This document shows, piece by piece, positions 10,590-21,352 of a stretch of 64,000 bases of DNA. Position 1 is the stretch's first letter. Each line of letters begins with the position of its first letter. Origin of the DNA: Candidatus Dojkabacteria bacterium (lineage in GTDB: Bacteria > Patescibacteriota > Dojkabacteria > B142 > OLB20). The stretch is from NCBI GenBank assembly GCA_035444565.1, contig DAOMOX010000002.1, positions 105,335 to 169,334 of the forward strand, in the 5' to 3' direction. Position numbers and translations under genes: made by a program. Below the pieces are notes generated by a model. It ran no database searches. It was given only the letters and a program-made list of their open reading frames with translations, and was not told the DNA's origin.

Positions 10590-11258
10590 TTATTCCAGTA
10601 TAGGCTTGGCAACGACTATCAGCCTTTTTTCTGCCGATAATCCACTGCATGTATAAAGTGTAAGTACGTTTTCTTTCGTGGGAGCTTCCACCGAGATATC
10701 TTCAGGATTAGTTTCATATACCTTCTCTATCTTATATTTATATTCTTTTTCTCTCCAAAAGACAATAACTTCTTCACCCACTGTTAGTTTGTTAAGGTGG
10801 TAAAAGGTATTTTTGCCTTGACCAAAATACCTATGCCCAACAACTACTGTATTTCCATTTTTTTCAGGAGTAGAAGTTAATGGTCTTCTCCACGATTGTC
10901 CTTGGTTGAGAATGTCTATTGTCTCTCCTTCTAATATTTCTGCATCAACATTTATTGCTGGTATAACAACTCTATTCTCTTTCGGTATTGGCTTTAACTT
11001 TTCTTCGTCAACCCCTGCCTCTTGTGCGGATGTACTATTATAAACAAAACCTTGCGTTTCATCTTGTTTTTGATTCAGGATCAACTCTAATTCAGGAATA
11101 AAAGGAGAAACCATTATATAGATGGATAGACAAAACAAGATTATTGACAAGACCTTGTTGATTCTTGGTAGGTTTTTGTTAGTTTTTGAAGATTTTTTTA
11201 ACGAAAATTTTTTCATATTCGCTATTATAACATTTATTAATTTGGAGGAATTAATCAA
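10590..11258 (-). CDS. Sortase-family transpeptidase with N-terminal TM anchor
   Basis: TLYTCSG catalytic motif (TLxTC), VVVGHRYF His region, N-terminal hydrophobic segment. Confidence 0.6.
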   Translation of the reverse strand: MINSSKLINVIIANMKKFSLKKSSKTNKNLPRINKVLSIILFCLSIYIMVSPFIPELELILNQKQDETQGFVYNSTSAQEAGVDEEKLKPIPKENRVVIPAINVDAEILEGETIDILNQGQSWRRPLTSTPEKNGNTVVVGHRYFGQGKNTFYHLNKLTVGEEVIVFWREKEYKYKIEKVYETNPEDISVEAPTKENVLTLYTCSGLSAEKRLIVVAKPILE

Positions 11259-11294
11259 TAATATTTCTTGCAGTGATTTTTTTTCTGACGCATA

Positions 11295-13331
11295 ATGTTA
11301 GTTCACAAAGGTAATTATATGTCAGAAGATACTAAACAAAAACTATTCCATGTGCTCGATAATCTATATTATTCATGGGATTATCACTCTACCCTTCCTG
11401 TCATTGATGAGTTTGAAGAAGGTTGGAGAAGACACCCTTCCCCCAAAAGCCATTTAGAGGATTTCGGATCTCATAAACTTGAAGAATTAGTAGAAAATAG
11501 TTCATCAAGTATCAACGACAGTTCAACAAGACTCCATAATTATTTAACACGTAATACCTGGTTCGATAAATTTGTAAATGAAAACCCTAAGTTTGAAGTA
11601 TTAAAAACAAACCCAATTGCTTATTTCTGCATGGAGTTTGGACTTATTGACTGGCTACAAATATATTCAGGAGGTCTCGGAGTATTAGCTGGAGACTATT
11701 TGAAGGAAGTCAGCGATCTAGGGATTCCTGTTGTTGGAATTGGGATTTTCTATAACCAAGGATATTTCCACCAAAGATTTTCGTCAGATGGAAGACAACT
11801 CGATGAATATCTTACACAAGATCCTTTAGATTTCCCTCTTACACTAGTGAAAGATAAACTTGGAAGCACTTTGAAGGTCCAAATTGATATCAAGGATCAC
11901 GTTGTCTATGCACAAGCCTGGGAATTAAAGATTGGTAAAGTTTCTCTTTACCTACTTGACACAAATATTGACGAAAATAGACTCGAAGAAGATAAAATGA
12001 TAAGCGCACACCTTTACGGTGGTGATAATGACACTCGAATTCGTCAGGAAATTTTACTAGGAATTGGAGGAGCAAGACTCCTAAGACAGCTTGAAATTGA
12101 CCCATCAATATTCCATATGAATGAGGGACACTCTGGCTTCCTGGTTCTTGAAATTGCCAAACAGCTTATGCAGGAGAAGAATATTGACTTTTTGACTGCA
12201 ATGAGAGAAGTCGATGCTGAACTAGTTTTTACAAACCATACTCTAAAACCTGCTGGGAATGATAATTTCCCGTATGAATTAGTCGCAAGTTACCTTTATG
12301 CATATTGCGATGACCTAGACACTAACCTGGAGGCGATATTCGAACTAGGCAGAGATGACGATTATTCGTCTGGAAATTTTTCGATGACTATGCTTGGATT
12401 TAGACATGCAAAAGTGTCTACGGCTGTGAGTAAATTACACGGAGAAGCAGCATCTAGAATATGGCCTAAATATCCTCTGTTGCCAGTTACGAATGGCACA
12501 CATGTCCCAACATGGTTAAATCCTGAATTAAACAAACTATTAGAAAATCATCTTGGTTTTGATTGGGCACTGAACCCTCTCGAAGTTGATCTAAATAAAA
12601 TTTACAATATCCCTCAAAAAGATTTATGGGACGTGCATATTCGTAGAAAACATAAACTGATTAATACATTAAATCGTGAACTATCATTAAATCTAAACCC
12701 TGAAGCACTTACAATTGCATGGTCAAGAAGACTAGCATCATATAAACGTCCTGATTTAATAATCTCGGATATCGAGAGAATGAAGCGAATAGTAAACAAT
12801 TCAGAACGACCTGTTCAAATATTAATCGCAGGTAAAGCACACCCCAGAGATATCTCAGCTGTGGATTTATTACAGGAAATTAACCAAGAACTCAGTTCTG
12901 CCATAAATTCAGAACTTTCACAAAAAGTTGTTGTTATACCTGATTACAACTGGAAGCTTGCAAAAGCGATGGTGTCTGGATCAGATGTTTGGTTAAATAC
13001 TCCATTCCGATTTGAAGAGGCATCAGGAACTAGTGGTATGAAAGCTTGCTTAAATGGAGTCTTGCAATTAACCACATTAGATGGCTGGACAGACGAAGTC
13101 GAGTGGACTGACAAAGGCTTTGTTGTCGACCACAACGACCCTGTCACATCCTTACATGACAACCTTGAATTTATTGTTGCCCCACTTTTCTTTGATAGAA
13201 ACCACGATGGGTATAATGAAAAATGGGTTAAAATGATGATTGAGAGTATAGTATTAGCTGTCAAAAACTTCTCCTCTACCAGAATGGTGAAAGACTACCT
13301 CGATCAAGTGTACTCACAAATCCTCACATAA
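11295..13331 (+). CDS. glgP: Alpha-glucan (glycogen/maltodextrin) phosphorylase, GT35
   Basis: EASGTSGMK pyridoxal-phosphate lysine signature, GLGVLAGD motif. Probable true start at ATG 11319. Confidence 0.75.
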   Translation: MLVHKGNYMSEDTKQKLFHVLDNLYYSWDYHSTLPVIDEFEEGWRRHPSPKSHLEDFGSHKLEELVENSSSSINDSSTRLHNYLTRNTWFDKFVNENPKFEVLKTNPIAYFCMEFGLIDWLQIYSGGLGVLAGDYLKEVSDLGIPVVGIGIFYNQGYFHQRFSSDGRQLDEYLTQDPLDFPLTLVKDKLGSTLKVQIDIKDHVVYAQAWELKIGKVSLYLLDTNIDENRLEEDKMISAHLYGGDNDTRIRQEILLGIGGARLLRQLEIDPSIFHMNEGHSGFLVLEIAKQLMQEKNIDFLTAMREVDAELVFTNHTLKPAGNDNFPYELVASYLYAYCDDLDTNLEAIFELGRDDDYSSGNFSMTMLGFRHAKVSTAVSKLHGEAASRIWPKYPLLPVTNGTHVPTWLNPELNKLLENHLGFDWALNPLEVDLNKIYNIPQKDLWDVHIRRKHKLINTLNRELSLNLNPEALTIAWSRRLASYKRPDLIISDIERMKRIVNNSERPVQILIAGKAHPRDISAVDLLQEINQELSSAINSELSQKVVVIPDYNWKLAKAMVSGSDVWLNTPFRFEEASGTSGMKACLNGVLQLTTLDGWTDEVEWTDKGFVVDHNDPVTSLHDNLEFIVAPLFFDRNHDGYNEKWVKMMIESIVLAVKNFSSTRMVKDYLDQVYSQILT

Positions 13332-13358
13332 AAGCATTGAATCTGATAAAATACATTC

Positions 13359-14021
13359 ATGAATGTAAGGATTCACCCCAGCTGGAAAAAACTACTCAAA
13401 AACGAGTTTGAGAAAGAATATTTTCTTAATTTAGCCGATTTTGTTAAGAACGAATATACTTCAAATATAATTTACCCTCCTGGACCTCTGATTTTTAATG
13501 CATTTAATCAAACTCCACTTGATCTAGTAAAGGTAGTTATCTTGGGTCAAGACCCTTATCATGGTCAAGGTCAAGCACATGGTCTTGCCTTCTCTGTCCA
13601 AGATGGTGTACCACTCCCTCCTTCACTTAAAAACATCTTTAAAGAACTCAAATCCGACTTAGGAATTGAATTACCATCAAGTGGCAATCTTACCAGATGG
13701 GCAGAACAAGGAGTGTTTTTATTAAATAGTGTGTTAACTGTACGAAAAGCTACTCCTGGAAGTCATGCAAAAAAAGGCTGGGAGACATTTACCGACTCAG
13801 TTATCAAAGTCCTTTCTGAGAATAAAGAGCATCTGGTTTTTCTTCTTTGGGGAAACTATGCAATTTCGAAAGAAAGCTTGATTGATAAAAATAAACATCT
13901 AATTCTTAAAGCTCCCCATCCATCACCATTTTCTGCTGACAGGGGATTTTTTGGTTGTAAGCATTTTAGTAAGACTAACGTTTACTTAAATAAGAACAAT
14001 ATTTCAACTATTAATTGGTAG
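13359..14021 (+). CDS. ung: Uracil-DNA glycosylase, family 1 (Ung type)
   Basis: [18 protein letters not shown] and HPSPFSA motifs characteristic of family 1 UDG. Confidence 0.8.
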   Translation: MNVRIHPSWKKLLKNEFEKEYFLNLADFVKNEYTSNIIYPPGPLIFNAFNQTPLDLVKVVILGQDPYHGQGQAHGLAFSVQDGVPLPPSLKNIFKELKSDLGIELPSSGNLTRWAEQGVFLLNSVLTVRKATPGSHAKKGWETFTDSVIKVLSENKEHLVFLLWGNYAISKESLIDKNKHLILKAPHPSPFSADRGFFGCKHFSKTNVYLNKNNISTINW

Positions 14022-14099
14022 ATTATCTTAGAGGCACCTTACTATCAAAAAATCACTACAATAGGAAAAATCGGATTTGGCTCACTTTTATATGAGACC

Positions 14100-14498
14100 G
14101 TGATTAATTTCGTATTAGGAATCGATGAAGGACCTAATTTTGTAGAAAATAATAATACCCTCGAAAATATTCGGACAGCCCATACATTCGTTTATTCACC
14201 TGAAGGTAATGCATTCTGGTATGGAGAAATCTTTTACCCTCATGCTTGTATCGAGATCCCTTATGGAGTAATCAATAAGAAATTATTTATTGGTTATGAA
14301 TTAGAATTAAAGGACACTTCCGGAAGTGTTGTAATATTTGTTAAACCTGTAGATTTATATAATGACGTTGGTTTATCGGATGTTGTTTTATCAAATGATG
14401 AGATTAATAATCTATATAGAATAGGAAAACTCCCATTAGACAGTAACTGTAACTTAGTTCTACCGACTCCTGCAGAGCATATTACTACTCTCAATTAA
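14100..14498 (+). CDS. Hypothetical protein
   Basis: ORF only (GTG start in ORF track). Confidence 0.25.
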   Translation: MINFVLGIDEGPNFVENNNTLENIRTAHTFVYSPEGNAFWYGEIFYPHACIEIPYGVINKKLFIGYELELKDTSGSVVIFVKPVDLYNDVGLSDVVLSNDEINNLYRIGKLPLDSNCNLVLPTPAEHITTLN

Positions 14499-14528
14499 CG
14501 GTGGAATAGCCCAACAAAGGTTTTATAA

Positions 14529-15215
14529 CTAGAATTCCGAAGTGATCACATCAAGTTCATTAAAATAGAAATTGTTGTTATTGCTTAACATTTCATATGA
14601 TTCAAAAAAATCGTGAAATGGTTTCTTTATGAAAGTTTTAATATCTGTAGTTTTGATCCATTCATATTCACCCTCTTCATTGGGATTTAATTCACCTTCG
14701 GGATCATCAAATCGGACATAAAACATAAATTTATCCTCAAGTAGTTTCTTTTCTTCAGAATAAACCTTGAAATGCCTAAGCCCTTTTACTTCAGGTTCTC
14801 CTTTTAAACCGGCTTCTTCATATAATTCCCTTTTTGCAGTTTCTAATACAGTCTCCCCATAATTAATTTTTCCCGAGAAGAATCCCTGATAATTATAAAA
14901 AGGATGTTTTTTTCTAGTATAAATCAATACTTTAGTACCTTCATCTTTGAAACAACAACATAGAACTGATAATTTAGCTTGTTTTACTTTAAGTTGACTA
15001 TCAGTATCCATAGTATTAGCAAACTCTTTGCCCTTAAGGGTTAATTTGTATATGGTGCCATTCTTTTCAATTAACTTTAGTCCTATTAGCTTCTGTAAAT
15101 GAAAATTATGTTGGTTTGTTTCAATATTTTCTCCAATTAATTGAGAAAATGTAGAACCTTCTGAAAAAAGTAATTTCTTAAGAATCTGCATTTGTAGATA
15201 ATGTAGTTGATCCAT
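14529..15215 (-). CDS. Nudix hydrolase with N-terminal winged-helix-like domain
   Basis: Nudix box GKINYGETVLETAKRELYEEAGL (GX5EX7REUXEEXGU). Confidence 0.65.
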   Translation of the reverse strand: MDQLHYLQMQILKKLLFSEGSTFSQLIGENIETNQHNFHLQKLIGLKLIEKNGTIYKLTLKGKEFANTMDTDSQLKVKQAKLSVLCCCFKDEGTKVLIYTRKKHPFYNYQGFFSGKINYGETVLETAKRELYEEAGLKGEPEVKGLRHFKVYSEEKKLLEDKFMFYVRFDDPEGELNPNEEGEYEWIKTTDIKTFIKKPFHDFFESYEMLSNNNNFYFNELDVITSEF

Positions 15216-15325
15216 ATTTAATTAATAATAATATCCGATCATAATGCTTGGATAATGCGTTTACAAGTCAAATTGATTTGACTTGTAGGTATTTACGTTA
15301 TGAACCATCGAGTAAAAAATATGCC

Positions 15326-15595
15326 TTATTCTATATTCTCCACCTGCATAATATTAAAACCATGTTTTGCAACATCTTCATCACTCCAATACGGCAAATC
15401 TTTAGTTTTCAAAACAAATGCCACCTTCATTTCTAATTTTCTCCCTGTGAAATCTTTCAATTCTGGGTCCCATTCTTCGAAGACGATCGTATCGCCTTCC
15501 TTGACTTCGAAGTCTGCTAATCTGACATCAAATCTCTTTCTTCCATCTTTCAACATTTGAAAATAATCTGGCCATGTTTTTTTACGGTGTGTCAT
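15326..15595 (-). CDS. ASCH/DUF3850-like PUA-fold small protein
   Basis: DYFQMLKDGRKRFDVRLADFEVKEGDTIVFEEW resembles DUF3850/ASCH beta-barrel signature. Confidence 0.4.
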   Translation of the reverse strand: MTHRKKTWPDYFQMLKDGRKRFDVRLADFEVKEGDTIVFEEWDPELKDFTGRKLEMKVAFVLKTKDLPYWSDEDVAKHGFNIMQVENIE

Positions 15596-15611
15596 AGATT
15601 AAAAGTAAAAG

Positions 15612-16325
15612 TTAATTCTTCCCATTCATCGCTCTCCCAAACCTCCTCACAATAAATGCAATACTTAATAAAGTTGTAAAGAGTGCGATATAGATTATTA
15701 CCATATAGAGAGGATTGCGCTCGAATAGTCCCATAACAATTAATATCGCGGGAAATATCTGAAAAGGCATGCTAATAGCTGATGAAATCAGATACGATCT
15801 AAATGAAATCTTCGAAAAACCCGCTATATAAGCCAGATAATCCATCGAAGAAAAGGCTAGGAATCTATACATTATTAAATGATGTGGTTTTAATCTGTGG
15901 TCATACCCATCAATTTTATTTATTAATTTGGGGAATCTCTTAATTAATCTCTCCCTACCATAATGTCTGGCGATATAGAAACTCATCGATGTAGCTGTCA
16001 AATAACTCGCATAAATTGCTACAAACGTCTTCAATGGACCAAAGACGACTGTTCCTACATAAATAAGGAAATTATCTGGAAATGGAGTTAGTGAGAATAA
16101 AACTTGGAGAAAATACAACATAACTATACCTGCTTTTTCGATAGGTTCGACTAACGGCTCAATGATAGTTCGATCTATGTCGTACTTTATGAAAAGACCT
16201 AGAATGATGAAATAGATAAATGCGCCGATAGAAATCAAAACAACACGTTTTCTAACGTAAGGTGAAGCTGAATACTTCTTATAGTAGTACAGAAAATCAG
16301 AAATTAATGGAATATTTTTGGACAT
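15612..16325 (-). CDS. DedA/TVP38-family membrane protein
   Basis: Multiple TM segments; GPLKTFVAIYASYLTATSMSFYIARHYGRE resembles DedA core motif. Confidence 0.5.
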   Translation of the reverse strand: MSKNIPLISDFLYYYKKYSASPYVRKRVVLISIGAFIYFIILGLFIKYDIDRTIIEPLVEPIEKAGIVMLYFLQVLFSLTPFPDNFLIYVGTVVFGPLKTFVAIYASYLTATSMSFYIARHYGRERLIKRFPKLINKIDGYDHRLKPHHLIMYRFLAFSSMDYLAYIAGFSKISFRSYLISSAISMPFQIFPAILIVMGLFERNPLYMVIIYIALFTTLLSIAFIVRRFGRAMNGKN

Positions 16326-16376
16326 CCAGAATTAATAACTGTTACATATTAACATTTATGTAAATCTGGTCGAGAG

Positions 16377-17573
16377 TTAATGTTGATGATGTAGTTCGGT
16401 TTCATCCTCAAATTTAATTTTATACTTAGTGACGACATAACAAGCAAGAGCAGTGGTAATAGGAACTGCGATTATAAGCCCTATGCTTCCTACAAGCATA
16501 CGGACAATCTCAGTAGCCACTAGCTCATAACTAAGGAGTTCCTCGAATGGTCGTGGATTGTTCATAAATAGCAGTAGAAGAGGCATAGATGCACCTGTAT
16601 ATACCAAAACCAAAGTATTCACCATTGATGAAATATGGTCTTTGCCAACCTTGATAGATCTCGAAAACAGTTCACTAAAAGTTATCTTTTTTTTCAAATC
16701 GTAGTGTTGGAAAACAATAGAAGTCTGCGAAACGGTAACATCATCCATCACACCCATAGTTCCTATGATTATACCTGCCAGCAGTAAGTCCCTAAGGTTA
16801 TAAATGGTACCCCCAATATTTTGCAGGAACAAAGCCTCTTCCGAAGCACCACCTGTGAGATTGACTAAATTTACAAAATAAACTGCAAGTAAGCCTGTAA
16901 TAACAAGTGATATGAAAGTGCCAACGATGGAGATAGTTGTTTTAAGTTGAAACCCGTGTGAAAGATAGAAAGTAATGGGAATTATGACAATTGAGGACAA
17001 TATCGCAACTAACACAGGGTCTTTTCCTGCCTGTATCTGAGGTAGTACAAATATAAAAATAATAGCGAAAGATATAATCAAAGAAAGAATCGATAATGCA
17101 CCTCTTTTAAAGCCAATTAACAAAGTCAGCAACACAAATCCTAAAAACAAAACTGCCAATCCATTCGAACGATCAAAATCAGTTATGAAAAATAAAGCTT
17201 TTCCATTCTGATCTCGTGTATAACTCAAGTATACAGTATCCCCTACTTCATAGATAATTTCCTGCAATGATGCAGTACTTCCATTCTCTACCTCAACTTT
17301 CTCACCTTTGAAATCACCATTTGTGATGGTTATTAATAACCTTTGATACATTTGTTCCCCATCTATGTATTCTACTAACTCCTCTTCGAGGATTTCTGTT
17401 ACCGTTCCTTTGAAATATTCCGTTTCTGGGATTTCAGGTTCTGGTTGGATTGTAAAATCTTTCATTGTTGTTTCATCTTCTAGTGAGGGATCTTGTGCGT
17501 ACGAGATACTTTTATTAGTAAAACCTAAGAAAAGTAGTGTAACTAATATTGTTAATAGGAATAGTTTTTTCAA
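16377..17573 (-). CDS. YibE/F-like polytopic membrane protein with N-terminal signal and extracytoplasmic domain
   Basis: Signal-like N-terminus, then about 7 hydrophobic helices; architecture only. Confidence 0.35.
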   Translation of the reverse strand: MKKLFLLTILVTLLFLGFTNKSISYAQDPSLEDETTMKDFTIQPEPEIPETEYFKGTVTEILEEELVEYIDGEQMYQRLLITITNGDFKGEKVEVENGSTASLQEIIYEVGDTVYLSYTRDQNGKALFFITDFDRSNGLAVLFLGFVLLTLLIGFKRGALSILSLIISFAIIFIFVLPQIQAGKDPVLVAILSSIVIIPITFYLSHGFQLKTTISIVGTFISLVITGLLAVYFVNLVNLTGGASEEALFLQNIGGTIYNLRDLLLAGIIIGTMGVMDDVTVSQTSIVFQHYDLKKKITFSELFSRSIKVGKDHISSMVNTLVLVYTGASMPLLLLFMNNPRPFEELLSYELVATEIVRMLVGSIGLIIAVPITTALACYVVTKYKIKFEDETELHHQH

Positions 17574-17642
17574 ATTTAACTCAGTTATCGAAAAAATAAA
17601 TTCATTGAAACAGATTTTACTAAATTTTCAGCAATGACGTTA

Positions 17643-17690
17643 GAGAGAGATCCCCCTCCCGTCATATTTTCAGACGGGATCGAGGGAAAT
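17643..17690. repeat. Solitary hairpin B unit of the composite repeat family
   Basis: gagagatccccctcccgtcatattttcagacgggatcgagggaaat matches B units at 42397-42492 and 45424-45478. Confidence 0.7.
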
Positions 17691-17730
17691 TGAAGATACT
17701 GAATTCCTCAATCTCTCAATTTCTACATTT

Positions 17731-18429
17731 CTAAATTCCTTCATTAATAAGTGCCAACAACTCTCCCTCATAGCACCTCTTATACTCCGTATGCGAGTTT
17801 TCAGTCCTTACAATCCTCATCTGAGGAATCAATCTCCTGATCTTCTCCACTGACGCAGGTCTTACAAATTCATCATCTCTTCCATGGATATATGTCAATT
17901 TTCCTTTATAACTTAACTCATCAGGAACTTTATAATCAATAATTTCCAACCATCTTTTCAATACTATTTTTAATTTGTTGTCTTCTAGGTCTCTTAATAA
18001 TTTGAAATAACCAAGTCTTGCGACAGCTTTTGCCATTAACTTCCTATAAATTCTGGAATATTTCGCTGGAATAGAAACAAATTTTAGTAATAGTTTTTGA
18101 TAATGCTTGAAGTATTCTCCGGTACCTAGAACTATTACATTTTCGACTTTCAAACCCATATTAATTAAGTCCAGGATGATATTCCCACCGTAAGATTCCC
18201 CTATTAACGTGATGGCTTCATCTCTTTTCGAAAGGAACTCGTAAATTTCTTGAGTAATTGTTTTGAGGTTTTCACTTTTCCAAGTATCACTTATTCCGGG
18301 GTATTTCAGGACTATTGATGATTGTTTTAAATTTTTTGAAAAATTATTAAAGTCCGTGGGATCTCCAACTCCTGGGGGCAGAAACACAACCAATTCATTT
18401 GATTTTTTATTATTAAAGATGTAATCCAA
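17731..18429 (-). CDS. Alpha/beta hydrolase fold protein
   Basis: GESYGG nucleophile elbow (GxSxG). Confidence 0.5.
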   Translation of the reverse strand: MDYIFNNKKSNELVVFLPPGVGDPTDFNNFSKNLKQSSIVLKYPGISDTWKSENLKTITQEIYEFLSKRDEAITLIGESYGGNIILDLINMGLKVENVIVLGTGEYFKHYQKLLLKFVSIPAKYSRIYRKLMAKAVARLGYFKLLRDLEDNKLKIVLKRWLEIIDYKVPDELSYKGKLTYIHGRDDEFVRPASVEKIRRLIPQMRIVRTENSHTEYKRCYEGELLALINEGI

Positions 18430-18483
18430 GTTAAAAATAATTAATTATTAAATAATTGACTCAAAGATAATTATTAAATAAGA

Positions 18484-18978
18484 TTGAGTAAATTACTACT
18501 CATGGAGGAAATAAATCAAAACGAAAATAAAACACAATTAAAAACAGAAGAACCTAAAAAAGTTCCTAAGTTTTCCTATTACTTCACCTTAATAGTATTG
18601 TATGGTATCAATCCCATCTTTATTAATTTTTTTCTGACGTTATTCGCCTTTTCTATGGGTTTGAATTTATATTTTGTAGTAATAGCTGCCGTGTTGATTA
18701 TAGTAGCCTACGTCCCAACATCGAAATCTATTATTAGAGAAGATCCTAATATAAAAATATCTAGGATCCTTATTGTCCTAGCCCTAGCAATCTTCGCATC
18801 ATATTCATTTGAAACAATGATTTGTAGTATATCTTGGGACCCCTGCGATAAATCTGAAATGTATACACTAACTAGTCTTTTCCAGAGATACTTTTGGCAT
18901 TTGCTTGTATTTACTATTTTAGTTTTGAGTAAATACAGATATCAGAAAACTCAGATTAAACAACCCCTCGTTAACTAA
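18484..18978 (+). CDS. Hypothetical integral membrane protein
   Basis: Four hydrophobic helices. Confidence 0.3.
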   Translation: MSKLLLMEEINQNENKTQLKTEEPKKVPKFSYYFTLIVLYGINPIFINFFLTLFAFSMGLNLYFVVIAAVLIIVAYVPTSKSIIREDPNIKISRILIVLALAIFASYSFETMICSISWDPCDKSEMYTLTSLFQRYFWHLLVFTILVLSKYRYQKTQIKQPLVN

Positions 18979-19565
18979 TCCTCTCGTTCATTCCTATACT
19001 TCCCCAAATACTCACTTAACTCATTTATAAATTTCTTCCTTCTATCTTGTGTTTTCTCATCTAGTTCTGCAGTGAAATTTTCTTTAAACTCTAGTGAATT
19101 CTCCATTTCTAATATTTCTTCAGGGACTACGCAAATATTCATGTTTGATTTTCCATCCCAGTTTTCATTTACTTCAAATCCAAGTCCTGCTAAAGCTTTG
19201 TCCCAGGTGATATCGATATCTAGCCATTTATCAAATCTTTTAACCCTTAGGAAGTTGTGGGGATCCGGAATTTTGCCTTTATTTAGTAATTCGACCAACT
19301 TATCTGAAAGTTTTACAGGCAGGTTGTTGAAGAAATGAATCGCAATCATATCTATCACCTCGAAACCTAAATATTTGTAGATGTCGTTGAGTAAGAAATG
19401 TTTCCCCGAGCATGTTCCCATGTTTGATTTTAGGATATCTTCTGGATTCCTAGAACCAATCGAACCATAAGGTATATCTCTGACATAAAGTGTTACTTTT
19501 CTAAATAAATCAGGGTCTTTAAGATCGAAATTTTCCTCTAAATAGGGTTTGAAATAGTCTTTCAT
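18975..19565 (-). CDS. Transglutaminase-like cysteine protease domain protein
   Basis: GTCSGKHFLLNDIYKYLG (TGase-like catalytic Cys region). Confidence 0.4.
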   Translation of the reverse strand: MKDYFKPYLEENFDLKDPDLFRKVTLYVRDIPYGSIGSRNPEDILKSNMGTCSGKHFLLNDIYKYLGFEVIDMIAIHFFNNLPVKLSDKLVELLNKGKIPDPHNFLRVKRFDKWLDIDITWDKALAGLGFEVNENWDGKSNMNICVVPEEILEMENSLEFKENFTAELDEKTQDRRKKFINELSEYLGKYRNERED

Positions 19566-19666
19566 TTTGTTTTATTAAAAGATTATTTTAGCAAAGGTGA
19601 TTATTCTTGTCCTCATAGTCATTTTGTATTTGCATGATATAATTAAGACATATTTATTGGTATTTA

Positions 19667-19903
19667 ATGGGATCGAGACCTGAAGGACCTAAGCAAACGG
19701 AACCTAAATCTCAAAGTTCATTAGATAGGATTACAACAAGACTCGCAGTCTTAGGTGTAGTAATGTATACAGGGAGCCTCATTGGAGAAGCTCTGGCACC
19801 GGAAGGTTGTGAAACTTTTGGCTCACTAATCGGGGCATATACTCCTGCATTTTTAGCTTTCGTTGGATTATTGGGAAATGCTTGGAGGAATAGAAATCAT
19901 TAA
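19667..19903 (+). CDS. Small Gly/Ala-rich hydrophobic protein
   Basis: ORF only; tandem with 19934-20161, which has similar composition. Confidence 0.25.
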   Translation: MGSRPEGPKQTEPKSQSSLDRITTRLAVLGVVMYTGSLIGEALAPEGCETFGSLIGAYTPAFLAFVGLLGNAWRNRNH

Positions 19904-19933
19904 CCTTAATCTTAGTTTTTATATGCGCTTGTA

Positions 19934-20161
19934 ATGGATGAAGGAGAAAAATACATAACACCCAAAGACGTATCTTGTGGGGATATAAGAAGAAGAAATA
20001 TCAAGACTTTGCTATTAGCATCCATTCCACCACTCGCTTTTGGAATAGCAGGAGGCATATTTGGTTACCATGTAGAACCCTCAGCTATGGCAGTAATTGT
20101 CGGAGCCTCAGGAGGGACAGCAGCAGGATTGGCAGTTGATTTAGTGGCAACTTCTTTTTAA
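19934..20161 (+). CDS. Small Gly/Ala-rich hydrophobic protein
   Basis: ORF only. Confidence 0.25.
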   Translation: MDEGEKYITPKDVSCGDIRRRNIKTLLLASIPPLAFGIAGGIFGYHVEPSAMAVIVGASGGTAAGLAVDLVATSF

Positions 20162-20228
20162 AAATTCATATTGGGTTACTGTTTGCTAAATCCTCAGTTC
20201 CTTAACTTCTACATTTTCCTTCTTGTCC

Positions 20229-20813
20229 CTATCTCACAATCCTCACAAACTCCCCCTCATCAAGCGTTAAAATTGGTTTACTTGGAGATTTTTCTTTCAG
20301 CATGTCAATTTTCAATTCCCTTTTTCTTTCTATATCCCAATGACAGAGTAGATTGATATCAATTAATCCAAGTCCATCATGTACACTTAGTTCATCTTGA
20401 TAGTCAAATGACAGAATGTAGTGTGAACAAACCATAAATGCTCCCATAGAACCACCTGCATACGTTTTTCCTTCGAGTTGTTTCTCTAGATCTGTGAATT
20501 TTTGGTAGTAGGGTTCAATCAACTTTGCATCTCCTCCCACAACATATAAAACATCGAATTGATCGATTTTCGCATTAAAGTCATCTACGTCCTCAACAAC
20601 TTCTACTTCAACATTTTTATCTGAGTTCTCAGTAATTTTCTTTTTGTAACTTTCCTTTTTTACATCCCAAAACTTCTTTTCCACTGCCCATAGACACAGG
20701 AGTAATCTAACATTATCTTTACGTGGAACATCCACCATCTCTTTGAAAAACCTTGAATTACTTTCTATTTTTAGAGATGTGTTACCTCCATGGAGTAGAT
20801 ATTTTGTGTGCAT
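20229..20813 (-). CDS. Peptidase S51 (dipeptidase E/cyanophycinase)-like protein
   Basis: VLYVVGGDAKLIEPY...GKTYAGGSMGAFMVC matches S51 GG-N-T/SAG catalytic Ser region. Confidence 0.45.
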   Translation of the reverse strand: MHTKYLLHGGNTSLKIESNSRFFKEMVDVPRKDNVRLLLCLWAVEKKFWDVKKESYKKKITENSDKNVEVEVVEDVDDFNAKIDQFDVLYVVGGDAKLIEPYYQKFTDLEKQLEGKTYAGGSMGAFMVCSHYILSFDYQDELSVHDGLGLIDINLLCHWDIERKRELKIDMLKEKSPSKPILTLDEGEFVRIVR

Positions 20814-20904
20814 TGGGTTTTGTTTATTTTGTTAATTATATCAAATGATTAATCTATCCTAAACAGGCAATTATTGATATAATACATATATAGTAGTTTT
20901 TAAA

Positions 20905-21162
20905 ATGGATTCTGAATTTACAAGTAAAATTAGCGAACTTGCACCTATAGTAGCAGTACCTTTGGGTCTAGCTTTAGTGTATTTCGGGGGAAGATTAATT
21001 CACAGATTAAGTAATTCTGAAGATCCATTGATGCAAGGAAGAAAGAGATACATTGAATCAGGCGATATTGAAGATTTACACCAGGAAGATGGTATGAGAG
21101 AAGCACTTAAGAAGGGCGAAACTCCGGGTAGTATGTTACGAGATATTGCTAATCGGGAGTAA
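20905..21162 (+). CDS. Small hypothetical protein with N-terminal TM
   Basis: ORF only. Confidence 0.2.
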   Translation: MDSEFTSKISELAPIVAVPLGLALVYFGGRLIHRLSNSEDPLMQGRKRYIESGDIEDLHQEDGMREALKKGETPGSMLRDIANRE

Positions 21163-21352
21163 AGTTACTTCTTTAAAATATATAATGTAGAGTGAATTCA
21201 TACATTTTATATTTCCTCAATCTCCCAATTCCATAACTTCTCAATTTCTACATTTTTTAACTCCTTCATTTCCTCCCACTAAACCTGCATTATTTGAGTA
21301 CATCACTAAACATGATATAATTACTATATATACTATCTTGAGGTTTTAAATA

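Noticed and set aside
15248-15560. 62- and 86-aa plus-strand ORFs
   Set aside because: Overlap the better-supported minus-strand DUF3850/ASCH-like gene (15326-15595). Low-complexity Ser/Phe-rich translations.
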